A stretch of 64,000 bases of DNA from Eledone cirrhosa (lineage: Eukaryota): NCBI GenBank assembly GCA_964016885.1, contig OZ024741.1, positions 58,466,001 through 58,530,000 of the forward strand. Reading direction: 5' to 3'. The notes beneath the pieces were generated by a model. It was given only the letters and a program-made list of their open reading frames with translations, had not been told where the DNA came from and made no database searches. Positions 1-12,774 of the stretch are shown piece after piece. Each line of letters begins with the position of its first letter. Position 1 is the stretch's first letter. The translations under genes and the position numbers were made by a program.

Positions 1-222
1 CATAGAGAGTGTGAAGCTTATGATTAAAATGACTTTCTTTTTGGAAAGGATAAAAAGAAACTCATTTTCCTAATCCTCCGGTATTCCAAATCCTAAAATC
101 TTTTATTCTTTCAAATCATTGTATTTAGAACCTAATGTTAATTTGCCTCAGTGAATAAATACTTCCACTCAGTAGAAGGATATCTTCTTTCACTGAGTTT
201 ATTTGGCTGAATATCAAAAGGA

Positions 223-448
223 TTAACCCTTGTGATACCAACCTGGCCAAAACCAGCTCTGTTTCTATGAAACAAAACCACCCATTTTAAAGGGTTCCTA
301 TTTAAATTATCTAATGTAAGTTTATATAAGAACCATATGTTAAATTACTTACTAATGAAATAATTGAGTTTTCGTAAATCTCTCAAAGTGCTTTATTTAC
401 AAATTGAAATAGTGTATTTTATTAGAAATATGGTTATGGAAGGATCAA
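223..448 (+). mobile_element. piggyBac-like MITE, family A, degenerate
   Basis: Begins TTAA-CCCTTGTGATACCAACC. Body and right end (ATTAGAAATATGG..GGAAGG) resemble the copies at 2137, 54194 and 62701. Confidence 0.55.
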
Positions 449-483
449 AAGGTCCCCCATTTAAATTAAAATTTCCAGCATAA

Positions 484-1475
484 TCTCTCTCTACATAAAA
501 TTGTCTGTCTGTCTGTTTCCTTATGCATTCTTAAACAGCTCAACCAAACCAAATTGTCTGTTTCCTTATGCATTCTCAAACGGCTCAACCAAACCAAATC
601 AAATCAAATTTTACAAGGTAATAGTATTAGACCCTGGGATTAACATGTAATTTTTATTTTCATTTTCATTAAAACAATATGACATTTTATCTAAAACATT
701 CTACTATAGTCTATAAAGTAAATGACATTTTATAACATGATGGTCACATTTTGTATATGAGTGTGTATGTGTCTGTGAGTGTGTGTGTGTGTTTGCATGG
801 TCACATTTTGTATATGAGTGTGTCTGAGTGTGTGTGTCTGTTTGCACGTTCATTACATATGTTAGGCCTTAGTAAGTTACATACACATACATCTTCACTT
901 AAATATTTAATCAGATACACAGAGAATTAAACACACACACACACATCTACATATGTGATGACTGACAAGTATGTGTGTGAATGTATGTGAGGTTGAATTT
1001 AAGAGGCTTCAGTTACCAGTCAAACTAAGTTTTGTTACTTCAATCAACAAGCTGTTCTTATTCAGATTAGTAAACAATAAATATAGAGATTTTTTTCTCA
1101 TATTTCAAAAATCTACATTTCATAAAAAAAAAAATCAAAATTGTAATGATAATAGAATTTAGAAATGAAAATCTGCACTCAAGGACTTGATCACTCTACT
1201 ACATGTTTCTCCCACGGTCAACTCTATGTTGGTTGCTCATGAGCTGGAAGCAGCAACAATTTATTCATTTGGTCACCGACAAAAAATTACACAATGAATA
1301 TTGTTTACTCTGAGGTGCTTCAAGATTGACAGATTTTCATTTCTAAATTCTATTATCATTACAATTTTGATATTTTTTTTAATGAAATGTAGATACTTTG
1401 AAATATGAGAAAAAAATATATCTCTATCTGAATAAGAACAGCAGTAACCTGGGCAATGCCAGGTCATTCAGCTAA
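484..1475 (+). mobile_element. Non-autonomous Helitron remnant inserted in a family A MITE copy
   Basis: 5' TC start followed by (GTCT)n. Near the 3' end a hairpin CCTGGGCAATGCCAGG precedes CTAA (degenerate CTAG). Sits between A483 and T1476. Carries PIF1-helicase C-terminal motifs KRLQLPVKLSFVTSINK (~1001-1051) and CFSHGQLYVGCS (~1204-1240). Confidence 0.8.
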
Positions 1476-2136
1476 TATTATATAAGAATCTTGTTTAATT
1501 GCTATCTTAGTAATGAAATAATTTTACTATATCTCTCAAAATGTTTTATTAATTAATTGAAATAGTATTTTCCATTAGAATTATGGTCACAAAAGTATTG
1601 CGTCAAGAAGTAAAAAAAGCACCTGTATTTTGCTTTTACCTAATGGTTATTTTTAATATTGGCAATGGTATTATCTTTTCTTTAAATAACTCAAGTAAAA
1701 GCTTGTCTAAATATGTTTAATATTATGTCTCAGTTTATAAAGTTTAGGTTTATTCACACACAAGTAGCTGATTGAAGGAATTTTAGACAATTTTATAAAG
1801 GTCATTCTGAACATGTTCAAAATGTTATTAATCTTTATCCAATTAATTTTTACATTTATGCATAGTTGGAATTCTTTGAACATACCATTTTGAAAATATT
1901 TATGTTATATATAATGTTGCATGGAGATGATGTTACTAATTGAGACCATTATTCAACTTAGTACACCATAGATATTATTATAGTCAAGCTTAAACCATTT
2001 TGCCATCAAAATGGTTTTTCGTCATAAGTCTATCTAAATAATATGTTACATGTAACTATCACTGTTGTGTATATATCCTGTTTAGAATAGGCATACTCTA
2101 TTCCTGCATGAAGGTTTTTAGATAAATCTAAACACT

Positions 2137-2367
2137 TTAACCATTTTGATGCCAAATTATTTAAACAGCTCTTAGTTCTGATAGGAAGTTGTTTTAAAGT
2201 ATTTATATTTATCTAAAAACCTTTTATCATGATGTTATTTTTACATAAGAACTAAGTTACACCTCAAACATAAGCTTAATAATGAGAATCCGAATTAATT
2301 ATTTTCAAAATGATTTAAGAATTATATGCAGTGCCTTTGATTAGAAATATGGAACTTAAAGGGTTAA
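2137..2367 (+). mobile_element. piggyBac-like MITE, family A (a partial inverted copy follows, to ~2429)
   Basis: TTAACCATTTTGATGCCAAA ... AAAGGGTTAA termini, about 230 bp, with several homologues in the window. Confidence 0.7.
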
Positions 2368-3554
2368 AGCACAGTTTTTAATCATAAAAGCAGGGATGGA
2401 TTCAGGCAGTTTGGTATCAAAGGAGTTAAGAGATTTAAAAATCAAGAGAGTTACTCTTGTTTTCAAATGCTCTTTTCAATTTAAATCTCTACTCAGGGCA
2501 AGCAAAAATAAAGTTCCTATTGATCTTGTGTGATCTAAAAGCCATCATCAATTATACATAGCCACTTTATTTTTACATAACTCTCTAAGTGATTTTCATT
2601 ATTTTTTTTTTCCAGATATTTATATATGCAAAGATAAATAAATGAAAACTTTATATACTAAATTTTTTTTGTTTCTCTCCATACTTTATTGTAGTCGACT
2701 TTCTTTAAAGTTCTAGTAATCAATAATCCTATCTTTTGTATGTGACAAATAGCTATGCCAATCCTCATGATAAAAGGCTATTTTTTATTGTTTGTTAAAG
2801 AAATGGTTTTTTGAAAAAAAATGTCCATTTAGTTCAATTATTAATTTTTCTTTATTATTTTTTTGAAAAAGAATTAACTAATTTTGAAGGCCTATCTTTT
2901 ATTTTTTGATATTTTTTAAATTTTAATTGCTTATTGTATCTTCGCTTTTATCTTCTTTTTATGTATTATTTTTTAAATTTTTATCTTATGCAATATTTCT
3001 CCAACTATTGACTGTCTGTCTGAAAGGTATTTTATATTTTATTTTATTAAAAAAAAATGTTTTTATTGATTTTTTTTTTTAGTTATTTTCTTCAGTAGAA
3101 AAACAAACTCTTCTGTTGTGTGTGCATAGTTTAATTCGATTTTGTCTTCTTTCTCTTTACCCAACCATTGTAGCTTTATAAAAGTTCTAGAAATGTGTAA
3201 ACAATAACAACATAGCGTATCCATCCCAATCTGCTTCCAATCAACAATAAAAGCATTTGTTTTTCCTTTTATTATGGCATATAAATATAATAATCAATTT
3301 TATAGAGAACAATGTTTAGTCTGAGGAGTTACTCTACTTTCAAAGTTTTTCAACTCCATCTATTTAAATATTTTACCAACTTGTCAGTAGAATTTGGTAG
3401 ACAGAAACTATAGAAGCCTGTTTTATCTTTTAATCTCTGTGTTCGTGATACAGAGACTGGGAGCACCATAGATCAGAGTAGTACTCAACACATGCATAGG
3501 TACAGATTTTGGATTTTACTTGTATATATATATATATACACGCACATAGATAGA

Positions 3555-3872
3555 GAGTAAAGGGTAAAGACTTCTTCAGTTGTGAATGACCATGGGATTT
3601 GCAACTAGAAAGTTCCCCTCCAAGGCATAAGTCCGGGCAAGGTTGTTTATGGAAGACCAGCAGTCATCCATTCATACTAGTCTCGCCACTGATATCAAAG
3701 GAAAAAAGATAGGCGATATAGCTTGGCATCAGTGACATCGCAAATCATTTCTACAGCTGAGTGAACTGGAGCAACGTGAAATAGTGTCTTGCTTAACAAC
3801 ACACAGCTGAGTCCAGAAATCGAACTCACAACCTCATGTTTGTTAGCTTGACACTCTAACCATGCACCTTCA
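3555..3872 (-). mobile_element. tRNA-derived SINE with CORE-like central domain
   Basis: Minus strand: GAAGGTGCATGGTTAGAG head, B-box GAGTTCGATTTC, then AAGCAAGACACTATTTCACGTTGCTCCAGTTCACTCAGCTG. Homologous to 23406, 25190 and 44307. Confidence 0.75.
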
Positions 3873-3896
3873 TATATATATATATATATACACACA

Positions 3897-5385
3897 CATC
3901 ATCATTTAACGTTAATTTTTCCACACTTAGATGGGTTAGACGCGTTGTTACATTATGAAACAAGTCAGGTAAGGTGATCACGTCTTGCTCATAAGGATCT
4001 GTATGTTGGCTTGGTTTCCGCAACTGGATGCCCTTCCTAATGCCAACAACTGTTACAGTGTGGAGTGGGTGGTTTTTCATCATGTCACAAGCATGATCAC
4101 TTTACACGATGGACTAGTGGATTTTTGTCATGTTACAAGTATGACCACTTTACAGGGTAGACTGGGTGCATTTTGTCGTGTCACTAACACGACCACCTTA
4201 CATGGTGGACTGGGTGTATTTTTCTTGTCACCAACACGACCAACTTACAGGATGGATTGGGTGCTTTTTTCTCATGTCACCAGTGTGTACACCTCAAAAC
4301 ATGCAAGCTTCATTTCTTTCCAATCTTTATATGTCCTCTGCTTACAGTCCTCTGGTCCATGCAACATTGCTGTTCATACACAAGAATCATACAATCTGCT
4401 TTTCATTTTTAGGGAAAAACCTTTTGAAGCTAGCAGCAGTAGTTGCTCCCTAAGCTTTCTCCATTCCATCCTGTACTTTCAGAACACCCATCTCCACTGC
4501 TAATTTTGTCACCCAGGTAACAGAAGCTACCAGCTACTTTTACAGCGTCCTCTGACCATTTAATAGAGCTTGTTTTCTGTGAGCTCTTACTGCTCCTGTT
4601 CATCAACCATATACGAGACCTGCATTTTTTGTTAGCCTGCCCAAGATCCACTATATCTCTTGTGTATTCATACTTTGCATTTGGGACATAGGATGGAATT
4701 TTTACCCATTCTTTTCCTGCACTCTGAACAAGGCCATTTCTTTGAAGGGATCAGGGCTTTGTATTCCTTTCTACTTACTAGGATTTTAGTCTTTGCCAAG
4801 TTGATTTAAAAACCTTTTGCTTCAGCTGTTCAATAACGCTTTTTGTAACTTTCATAACCCGGTCCATCAACCTAATGCCTCTCTAGTTTCCTCTGTTTAT
4901 TGCATCTCTTTTGCCCTTGTAGCATTTGATGATGTTGCTGCTATGCCAGTCATTGGGTATGCCACCATTCTGTATTACTTGGTTTACAATATGGGGAGGA
5001 GTTAAGGTGTAGCCCACCATCTCAGATGCTTTCAGCATCTCAGCAACTATCTCTGATGATCCACCAGTTGCTTTGCCTGTCTTCATATCATTAATTGCTT
5101 TTACTTATTATGCTTCTGATGACTTATATGGCTGGTCCCTCTGTTGTGTCTAGTTGGGGCAGACTATCTTCCTTCTGTGCATTCTCCTCATTCAGTAGTC
5201 TTTCATAATGGCACTTCCATGCTACTTTCTTTTCAGCATCAGTGAGGGCAAGTACACCATTATCATTTCAAACACACCTCTCCCCAACAAAATCACAATT
5301 ATCCCTGACACTCTGCCTTGCAATCCTGAACATCGCATGCCTTTGGTCTTCATGGCCATATTCATGTTTAAGTCCTGTAATTTAA
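3897..5385 (-). mobile_element. Old degenerate RTE LINE fragment with deletions
   Basis: (GAT)n tail at 3897, 3' UTR with GGATGCCCTTCCTAA motif, and RT peptides such as IVAEMLKAS..CYKGKRDAINRGN and GSFCYLGDKISSG. Confidence 0.85.
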
Positions 5386-6128
5386 CAGTTTAACACACAC
5401 AAATAATTTTAAAAAAAGAGAGATTGGTAAAGTAAGTACTAAACTTGAAAAAATAGGTACTGTGATCAATATGATCAACTAAATCAAGGTGGTGCTCCAC
5501 CCTGGATGCAGTCAGGTAACTAAAACCAACAAAAGAAGAAAATAAATTACACACTACCACAGTGCTGGTGTTTATTGCTAAAAAAACAACAAAAATGAAA
5601 GAAACCAAGCCACTCTTGAGTGAAAGTGAGATTAAGGTGCTGGAATAGCTAAATCCCTTTACCGGTATTATATGATATTTCAGTTAGGGGAGCTGCCAAT
5701 AATGATAAATACCTCATTGCTAGTGAGGTACCCCCTGAAAAAAAAAAATCTTGAATGTCGCAGGCTAAAAAAAATAGTTTACTAATAAATCATGGCCTTT
5801 CAGTAATTTTTTTTTTTTTTTTTTTTAAATTATTCAATATTTCTGCCAGTTATAGCTGTGAAATGTAACTCTTCTTGGTTCTATTTATAGCTGGATAGAC
5901 TGAGCTAGGGATTGCTTTAGAAATTGTGCAATGCTGGTGTGGAGGATACAAATCATTAAATATTTATTTGTTTAGTCTCTTAATTTTATGATACAAATTT
6001 GAAGAAAGCTGACATTTTTGTCAAAAATATTATTTAAAGCAGTTACAAAGTTTAATTTGAAAATCAACTCATTCTTTTCTTATGAGCCAATGTAGATATA
6101 TAATAAACTATATGATTTTTTTTTATGT

Positions 6129-6350
6129 TTAACCCTTTAGCATTCACATTGCTCTAGATTACTAGATATTTACTATTGTATTTTCACAGAAAAGGCTCAT
6201 AATCTCATAATTATCTCACAGAATATCGAATCTATAAGATTTTGATATTTTAAGAACAATACCTTAACATCAGTATGAGCAGCCAGTTTGAACAGAAATA
6301 AGTGAGAGAATTCTGGTCAGATATGGCTGATTTAAACGTTAACGGGTTAA
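6129..6350 (+). mobile_element. piggyBac-like MITE, family B
   Basis: TTAACCCTTTAGCATTC ... AACGGGTTAA termini. Colinear with 50094-50307 and 62419-62633. Confidence 0.8.
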
Positions 6351-7084
6351 AGAAAAATTCATCTATCAAAATGTAGGAGTGAAATATAACTAAGTACCAG
6401 ACATTGATTGACAGTTTCTTTTTTTGTGCCAATTGCCATCAAGACCTCCAGTTTCCTTCATCCCTAAACTGCCATTTTCTTCTGCTAAATCGGAAGAAGG
6501 GCATCATTCCTGATGGAGCCGCCCCATGAAGTGGTGTGGCTAACATAATGGATATCGTTGGCTGTTTTCAATGACAATTTTTCATAATCTTGTCCCCTCC
6601 TCCAGCCACCTTTTCTCCACTAATTCCACTTTTTTTTTTTAATATGTATTTTTGTCAACCCCCCCCCCCCCCCCCCCTCTTTGTTGAATTATATACATTT
6701 TGAAATATTTTTTAAACACTAACTGAACAATGTTTAATAATTCACCCTATATTGTATATATATACATGCAAGTATTGGAAACCTGATGTAGAATGATGAT
6801 GATTATAAAAATGTAGAAATTTTCTCATTGTTTAATTTGCAACAACATCCAAGGACGCTTTAATATATTTTAAATTCGTATTTATGCTGTCATTTTAATA
6901 TATTTTTTCCTCATTCTAATTGAAATATTATGTAGAAACATGTAGAAAAAAAAAAGAATGATTATATTGCTGACATATGAAGACGGCATGTATCATGTTT
7001 GTATCATATTAAACTTAAGGGCATCAGCCTACATATTGTGATGCTATCTGTACTTAAGCTTTGTTATTGTGAAGCTATTGCAGT

Positions 7085-7270
7085 GGATTGGCAGTATCGG
7101 TAGAGAGTCGGGCACCATGCTTTGAAGCATAGAGTTACGTCCCTTTATGATCTGAGTTCAAATCCTGCCGAGGTTAACTTTGCCTTTCATCCTTACAGGG
7201 TCGATAAAATAAAGTACCAGTAATACACTGGGTAATTGCTGGCCTTGTGCCCAAAGTAGAAACAATTATA
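7085..7270 (+). mobile_element. tRNA-derived SINE (GCCTTTCATCC..GGTCGATAAAATAAAGTACCAG family)
   Basis: B-box GAGTTCAAATCC plus a conserved central motif. Closely matches 54455-54604. Confidence 0.75.
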
Positions 7271-8529
7271 TTAAAGCTGCTGTATATTTTGTGTAAAACA
7301 TTGGTTACACTGGAAAGGCAACAGTGTGCGTGTGAGAGAAAGAGAGAAGTGGTTGTCTTAACTAAAAATCCGTTTTTATCGAAAGAGGATGGTAGGTACA
7401 TGTATGAAAGAGAGCAGCTGTAGTGGTTGTTTCTTATTAAACTGTGGAATTTCCATGAGGTTAACTAGTTTTATATAAAGACACTTAATTTACTTGGAGA
7501 TGCAATCAAATAATAATATCTAGTTGCAATATGTTAGCTACAACTACTCCAATCTAATTGACATATTCAAAGTGCATAATAAAATGCATTCACAGCAGCC
7601 TCAGATGAACTTCAAACAATATTGTAATAACTTGATACTGTAACCCCAACCCTCCCACACTTTTGCTATTGTCACACTTAAGCAATACACCCTTGAATAG
7701 CATGAAACAATACTGACTACATCACTTAGTCTTTAATTTATTGCAAATTTTCACATTTCCATTAGTAAACATTTGAATTACCCACATTAGTAAGACATTT
7801 TTTAAAATACAAAACAGCATTTATAACTACATCATATTAAAAATGAATGCCTTTACAAGTAAAGATGCTATAAATATTTGAATTAATAAGCATGTTTTTT
7901 GATATTTTCTACTGAATAGGATGTTATGAGTTAAAACATGTCTAGAGATGCATCATAAATTGTTTAAGGTTTACAAACACAATGAATATAGGAAAGAGGT
8001 AAATTTATGTTAATATACAGTTTTTTAATTAGTAGTTCGGCTGTGAAAAGAATTAAGTGTAAACTTGAACTATTTCTCTGTATACAGAAAAAAAAACATC
8101 CAAGATTCTGTGTGTGGATTTCAAACTAAAATGTATTTTATTATTTAAAATTTTCATATTTAGAGATGAAGAGTATTATAATATCTGCACTTGATGATGA
8201 AAGATCAATTTGATTGAGGATCATTCCAATCAAAACATTGTATAGCTGTAGCTGTGCATATAAAAAGATATTTCATCTTTAAAGATGAGGTTAATTAGTC
8301 TGAAAAAAATTATAATCTTATTAACTTCTCTGAGATAATAATTAGACAGCTATTTACTAGTTGTTGTTTGCTATAATCCAAACTAAATTGCACAGCAGCA
8401 GCAGCAAAGACTTCATGCTCACCACAAAACAAAATATATTTACCTATGCAGGCTTAGCTGGCCTCATATGATGTTGCATCTCATAAGCCTTTTTTGGGGT
8501 GTATTAATAAGACCCTCTGTCTTAACAGG

Positions 8530-8645
8530 AAATGAAGTATCTTGCTCAATAATTCAGCTCACTATGAAGTCCAAGAATTGAACCCAAAATCTTATGATGA
8601 TGAGTCCAACACCATAACCATTAGGCCAAGCACCATGCACCTCAT
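8530..8645 (-). mobile_element. CORE-like SINE head fragment
   Basis: Reverse complement gives TGGCCTAATGGTTATGG ... GGGTTCAATTCTTGGAC ... TTGAGCAAGATAC. Confidence 0.55.
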
Positions 8646-8884
8646 AAAGTTCTTTATGAAGCAATGTTTTATCACCAGATGTCCTACCTGTCACCAGCCC
8701 TTCTAGTCAACTATTATGATAGTAACTATTGTGAACCAGATACCTAGTGAATCCAAACTAAACAGCCCCTAGTTAAAACTCCTTACTTAATACTTTAAAC
8801 AAAGGGTTACTACTGAAAAGATACTTGCTGCAATACCTTATCCAGTAGTTATAGTATGAAAATTGTTTTGTTACAATATATAAT

Positions 8885-8918
<34 letters not shown>

Positions 8919-9409
8919 GTAACTGTGATTAAACTTTTTTTTTTCCCTCTCTCTCTATTTCCATATTTTCTGAATCAATATCCTGATTTTTAATAGATCA
9001 ACATCTGTTCACTTGGCATTAATAATCTGAAAAATTGAATTACAAGCAATTATTTTGTCTGAAAATAATAATTTCAGGCTCAATATTCTCCAAAAAATCA
9101 ATTCTTTCCAAAAATATGTGATTATTCAATTTTAAAAATTAATTTGAAGTTTTATTGATAATTTTTATGTATTGCTCAAAATATAGATTTTAGCTTGCAT
9201 CATTTGAAAATTTTATGAGTGAGTGTGTTTGCCTGTGATAAGTAGCACTGCATGGGCCCTGAACATCTGATGGAGTTGTCAGGGCATCGTCATGATACAT
9301 GGAGTGTCTTGGACATTTTACACCTGGCAGAGGCCATTCACCTCCAGGACTCAACATAGCCAATTACTTTCAGATAAAAAAAAGTAAATAGATAAAGAGA
9401 GTGAGAGAG

Positions 9410-9570
9410 GAATAATCAATTCCCTTACTGAAATGGTACTTTATTTATCACCCTCAAAATAATGAAAGGCAAAGTTAAGCTTGGAGGAATTTGAACTCAA
9501 TACAGAATTGAAAAAATGCTACAAAGCATTTTATCTAACATTCTAACAACACTGCCAATTCACTGCTGAA
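9410..9570 (-). mobile_element. tRNA-derived SINE (GCCTTTCAT family), degenerate
   Basis: Reverse complement contains GAGTTCAAATTCC..AACTTTGCCTTTCAT..GATAAATAAAGTACC. Confidence 0.6.
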
Positions 9571-10219
9571 GTAGCACTGCCATAACTAGAAATGTTATTC
9601 ATAACAAACATATCTACATTTACAAGGATTCTTTCACCAAACTGATATATATATGAACCTGAAACTTTCATATATTTGATAAAATACTTACAGGAATATC
9701 TTTCCATTAAAAAATAAAATTACATATATGGCTGCCTATTGTCTTAATTCTCAGGTTACCATTGATTCAATTCTGTATGAATCCATTCCTAGATGATAAA
9801 TATTTACAATAAGTTGCTAATGTGGTTAGTTATCTTTGGAAAGGGGCATTTATGAGTCACTTAAATATAAAACTAAAATTTATTTATTTACATTGAATAT
9901 TATACTAAACTCAAAACTAATGCGAAACTAAATTTTAAAATGGAAATAAAGCAAGCAAAAAAGACCACTTGTAAAAGGATAAGAATTATTCTTGTTATCA
10001 ATTCCATTGAAAATAAATAATCAGCTCTGAAGCCATTAACTTTGAATGAATTTCTGTTACAAATATATGCAAGATAATATTTTCTTCTATGTATTAAAGG
10101 TATTAATTTTTAGAAAAATTATCTGTATTTTTCAGGCTTTGCATACTTTCAAAGATCGTTGATATTAATTTTACAGTTGATCAAATAATATTTTTCACTT
10201 TTATAATTTTATTACTAAG

Positions 10220-10350
10220 TAGGTGAATTGGCAGAGTCATTAGGGCATCAGATTATATGACGCTATATTTGTCCTGGCATTAGGTTCAAATCCCCCTGAG
10301 GTCAGCTTGGTCTTTCACCTTTTCAGAATTAATAAAGTACCAGTCCAAGG
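10220..10350 (+). mobile_element. tRNA-derived SINE (GCCTTTCAT family), degenerate
   Basis: GGTTCAAATCCCCCTGAGGTCAGCTTGGTCTTTCACC..TAAAGTACCAGT. Confidence 0.6.
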
Positions 10351-11202
10351 GCTGAGGATTAGCAGAATTATCAAAGAGTCTGGCAATGAAACTTGAAAAA
10401 TGGCAGCCAATGTGGTGAAGAAGCTGAACACTTTCTACTAACATTGCCTCAATGTTACCTACACAACGTTACCTACACAAGGTGAAGTAAATCTCACTGT
10501 GGTGCTGCACACCCAACCATACAGATCTGCTCTTGTATTTTAGTATTTCATTATTAAGATGATACTTGACAAAATATTCTTATATCAAATTTTGTTGGAA
10601 ATAAATACTTTTGTTTCAGGAAAAGAGAGACTGTTTTGGCCAGGCTGGTATCAAAATGGTTAAGTTTAGTGTAGGAAAACCAGGGTTATCAATAAGAGTT
10701 TTGTTTCAGTTCTGGTTTCTAGGGAGATGCAACCCTGTTAGAGCACAACACCCCCCACCCCACCCACCCAAAAAAGAAAAAGAATCTGTAATGGAGTTTC
10801 AAGTGGAAGAAATCTGTGGAAAAGGAAGACAAAGAAAGACTGTATGTGTGTGTGTGTGTGTATACATATATTTTGTGAATGTAATGTCTATAAGTCAAGT
10901 TACATAGGTAATGCAAGTATAGCCATCTGCTCAAAATAATACAAACTTAGAACATCTTTATCTTACAAACGATTAAAGGTTATGGGTTTAAATTACATTT
11001 GTGAGATAGGTTTGTTTATCTTATTTAATCTTTTATCTATAGTTAAAAATCTTCCTTTATTGAGAATAAAAATGACCATATTAGTTGTGTATATTTTTCG
11101 CAGCCTTTATAGTAGTTGTAAAGGGAGTAATAGTAAAATCATGGGTGCCTAATTTAATGATTATTTATCAGCTGAAACTTGGAAGTTTTTATATTTGATT
11201 CC

Positions 11203-11239
<37 letters not shown>

Positions 11240-12099
11240 CATACATATACACAAACCTTTTTTCTTGCTCTGCCTCTCCTCTCTCACTTGCTGTCTCTTC
11301 CTACTCCTAATCTGAATCCTTATACAGATTTCTCTTAGTTGATCTCTTTCAACTATTCCCTATTCATTTTGATCTTCCCTTAATGTTTTTAATGATCTCC
11401 ATAACGGTTAAAGAAAATCTTTTTTTTAAATAATACCTTAAATGAAAAATTTCTTTATATTATATTAATTTAGAATTTTCTCATGTTTTTTTTATTCAAA
11501 GAAATAAAGTTTTCTAAAAATATGGGAAGTAGTAGTCTTATTTCACTTGGGGGTTTTGTATGGAGTGGATTTGTGAAACAAAATCTATACTCTAAATGAT
11601 ATTTAAAACATTTTAAATATCAAAATATTAAAACTTTGTAAATATTTTCTCCATTCACAAGAATTTCAAAACCGTGCCATATGTTGATTAGCTGCCTTGG
11701 CTTATAAATGGTGTTTGGAATTTTGCCCATTTCTCAGACATAAAATGGGGCTTGGCTTATATTTGAGTACATATGTTAATTGGTATTACTGAGCTCTGAA
11801 ATGAATCAGGAGCGACATCTTGCTTACATTTTTATACTTAACAAAGTACTGGTTGATTTTTATCATGGCACTAACGTTAGGGGGATTTGTCATGCCTTGA
11901 CACTACTGAACTGTTGTTTCAACATTTAGGCAAGTATCCTAGATGCCCTTCCAAACACAAACAACTTCAAAAAGTGAATTGGGTTCCCTTTTCATGGCAC
12001 CAGTACTAGCGGTTGTCATGTTCCTGACATGACAGAAAAGCCCTCTGAACCTTTTTGGCATGGTTTCTACGGCTGTATTACCGTTCTATCACTATTATA

Positions 12100-12250
12100 G
12101 GAGCAAGCATGGTTGTGCGGTTAAAATCGCTTCAGAACCACTTTGTTTGGATTCAATCTGAATGGACAGTCTTTGTCAAATGTCTTCTATTATAGTCTTC
12201 GGCCAACCAATCACATTCTGAATGAATTTGCTAGACAAACTGAGGAAGTT
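12100..12250 (+). mobile_element. tRNA-derived SINE, third family (octopus OK-like)
   Basis: GCATGGTTGTGCGGTTAA..CAAATGTCTTCTATTATAGTC..GAATTTGCTAGACAAACTGAGGAAG. Related copies at 41500, 42385, 61410, 63415 and 63778. Confidence 0.6.
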
Positions 12251-12719
12251 CAATTTATATAATATATATTTATATATATATAATGTATGTGTGTGCGTGT
12301 TCATAGCAAGCAGTTCTGATCTTTTCCAGTAAATTCATTAGTTTCCACTTAATTTTCTATGTTATTCTTTTACTTTTACTGGTTTCAGTCATTAGATTGC
12401 AGCCATGCTATGGCACCTTTATGAAAATTTGTTTTTTTAATCTTTCCTCTCAGCTTTATTTTCATGGAAAATTAGTTTAATCAGAAAATAAAGTAGAACA
12501 TGAAAAGTCATTTATAAGTATGTGCACATACATTTGTATGTGTACTCACACAGATGCATCTATCTATCTTTCTACACAGACACACACATGACAAATATAT
12601 AGAGAGAACAATTGATGTAAGAGTTGTTAAATTTGATATAAGAAATTATTTCTTTTTTGTGGATTCATTTAATGTTGAAGAAATGGAAACCATAGCAAAA
12701 TATAAAGAATGCACACACT

Positions 12720-12769
<50 letters not shown>

Positions 12770-12774
<5 letters not shown>

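Noticed and set aside
3800-3872. tRNA gene
   Set aside because: Only degenerate A/B boxes followed by SINE body, with no cloverleaf. The same applies to the other SINE heads.
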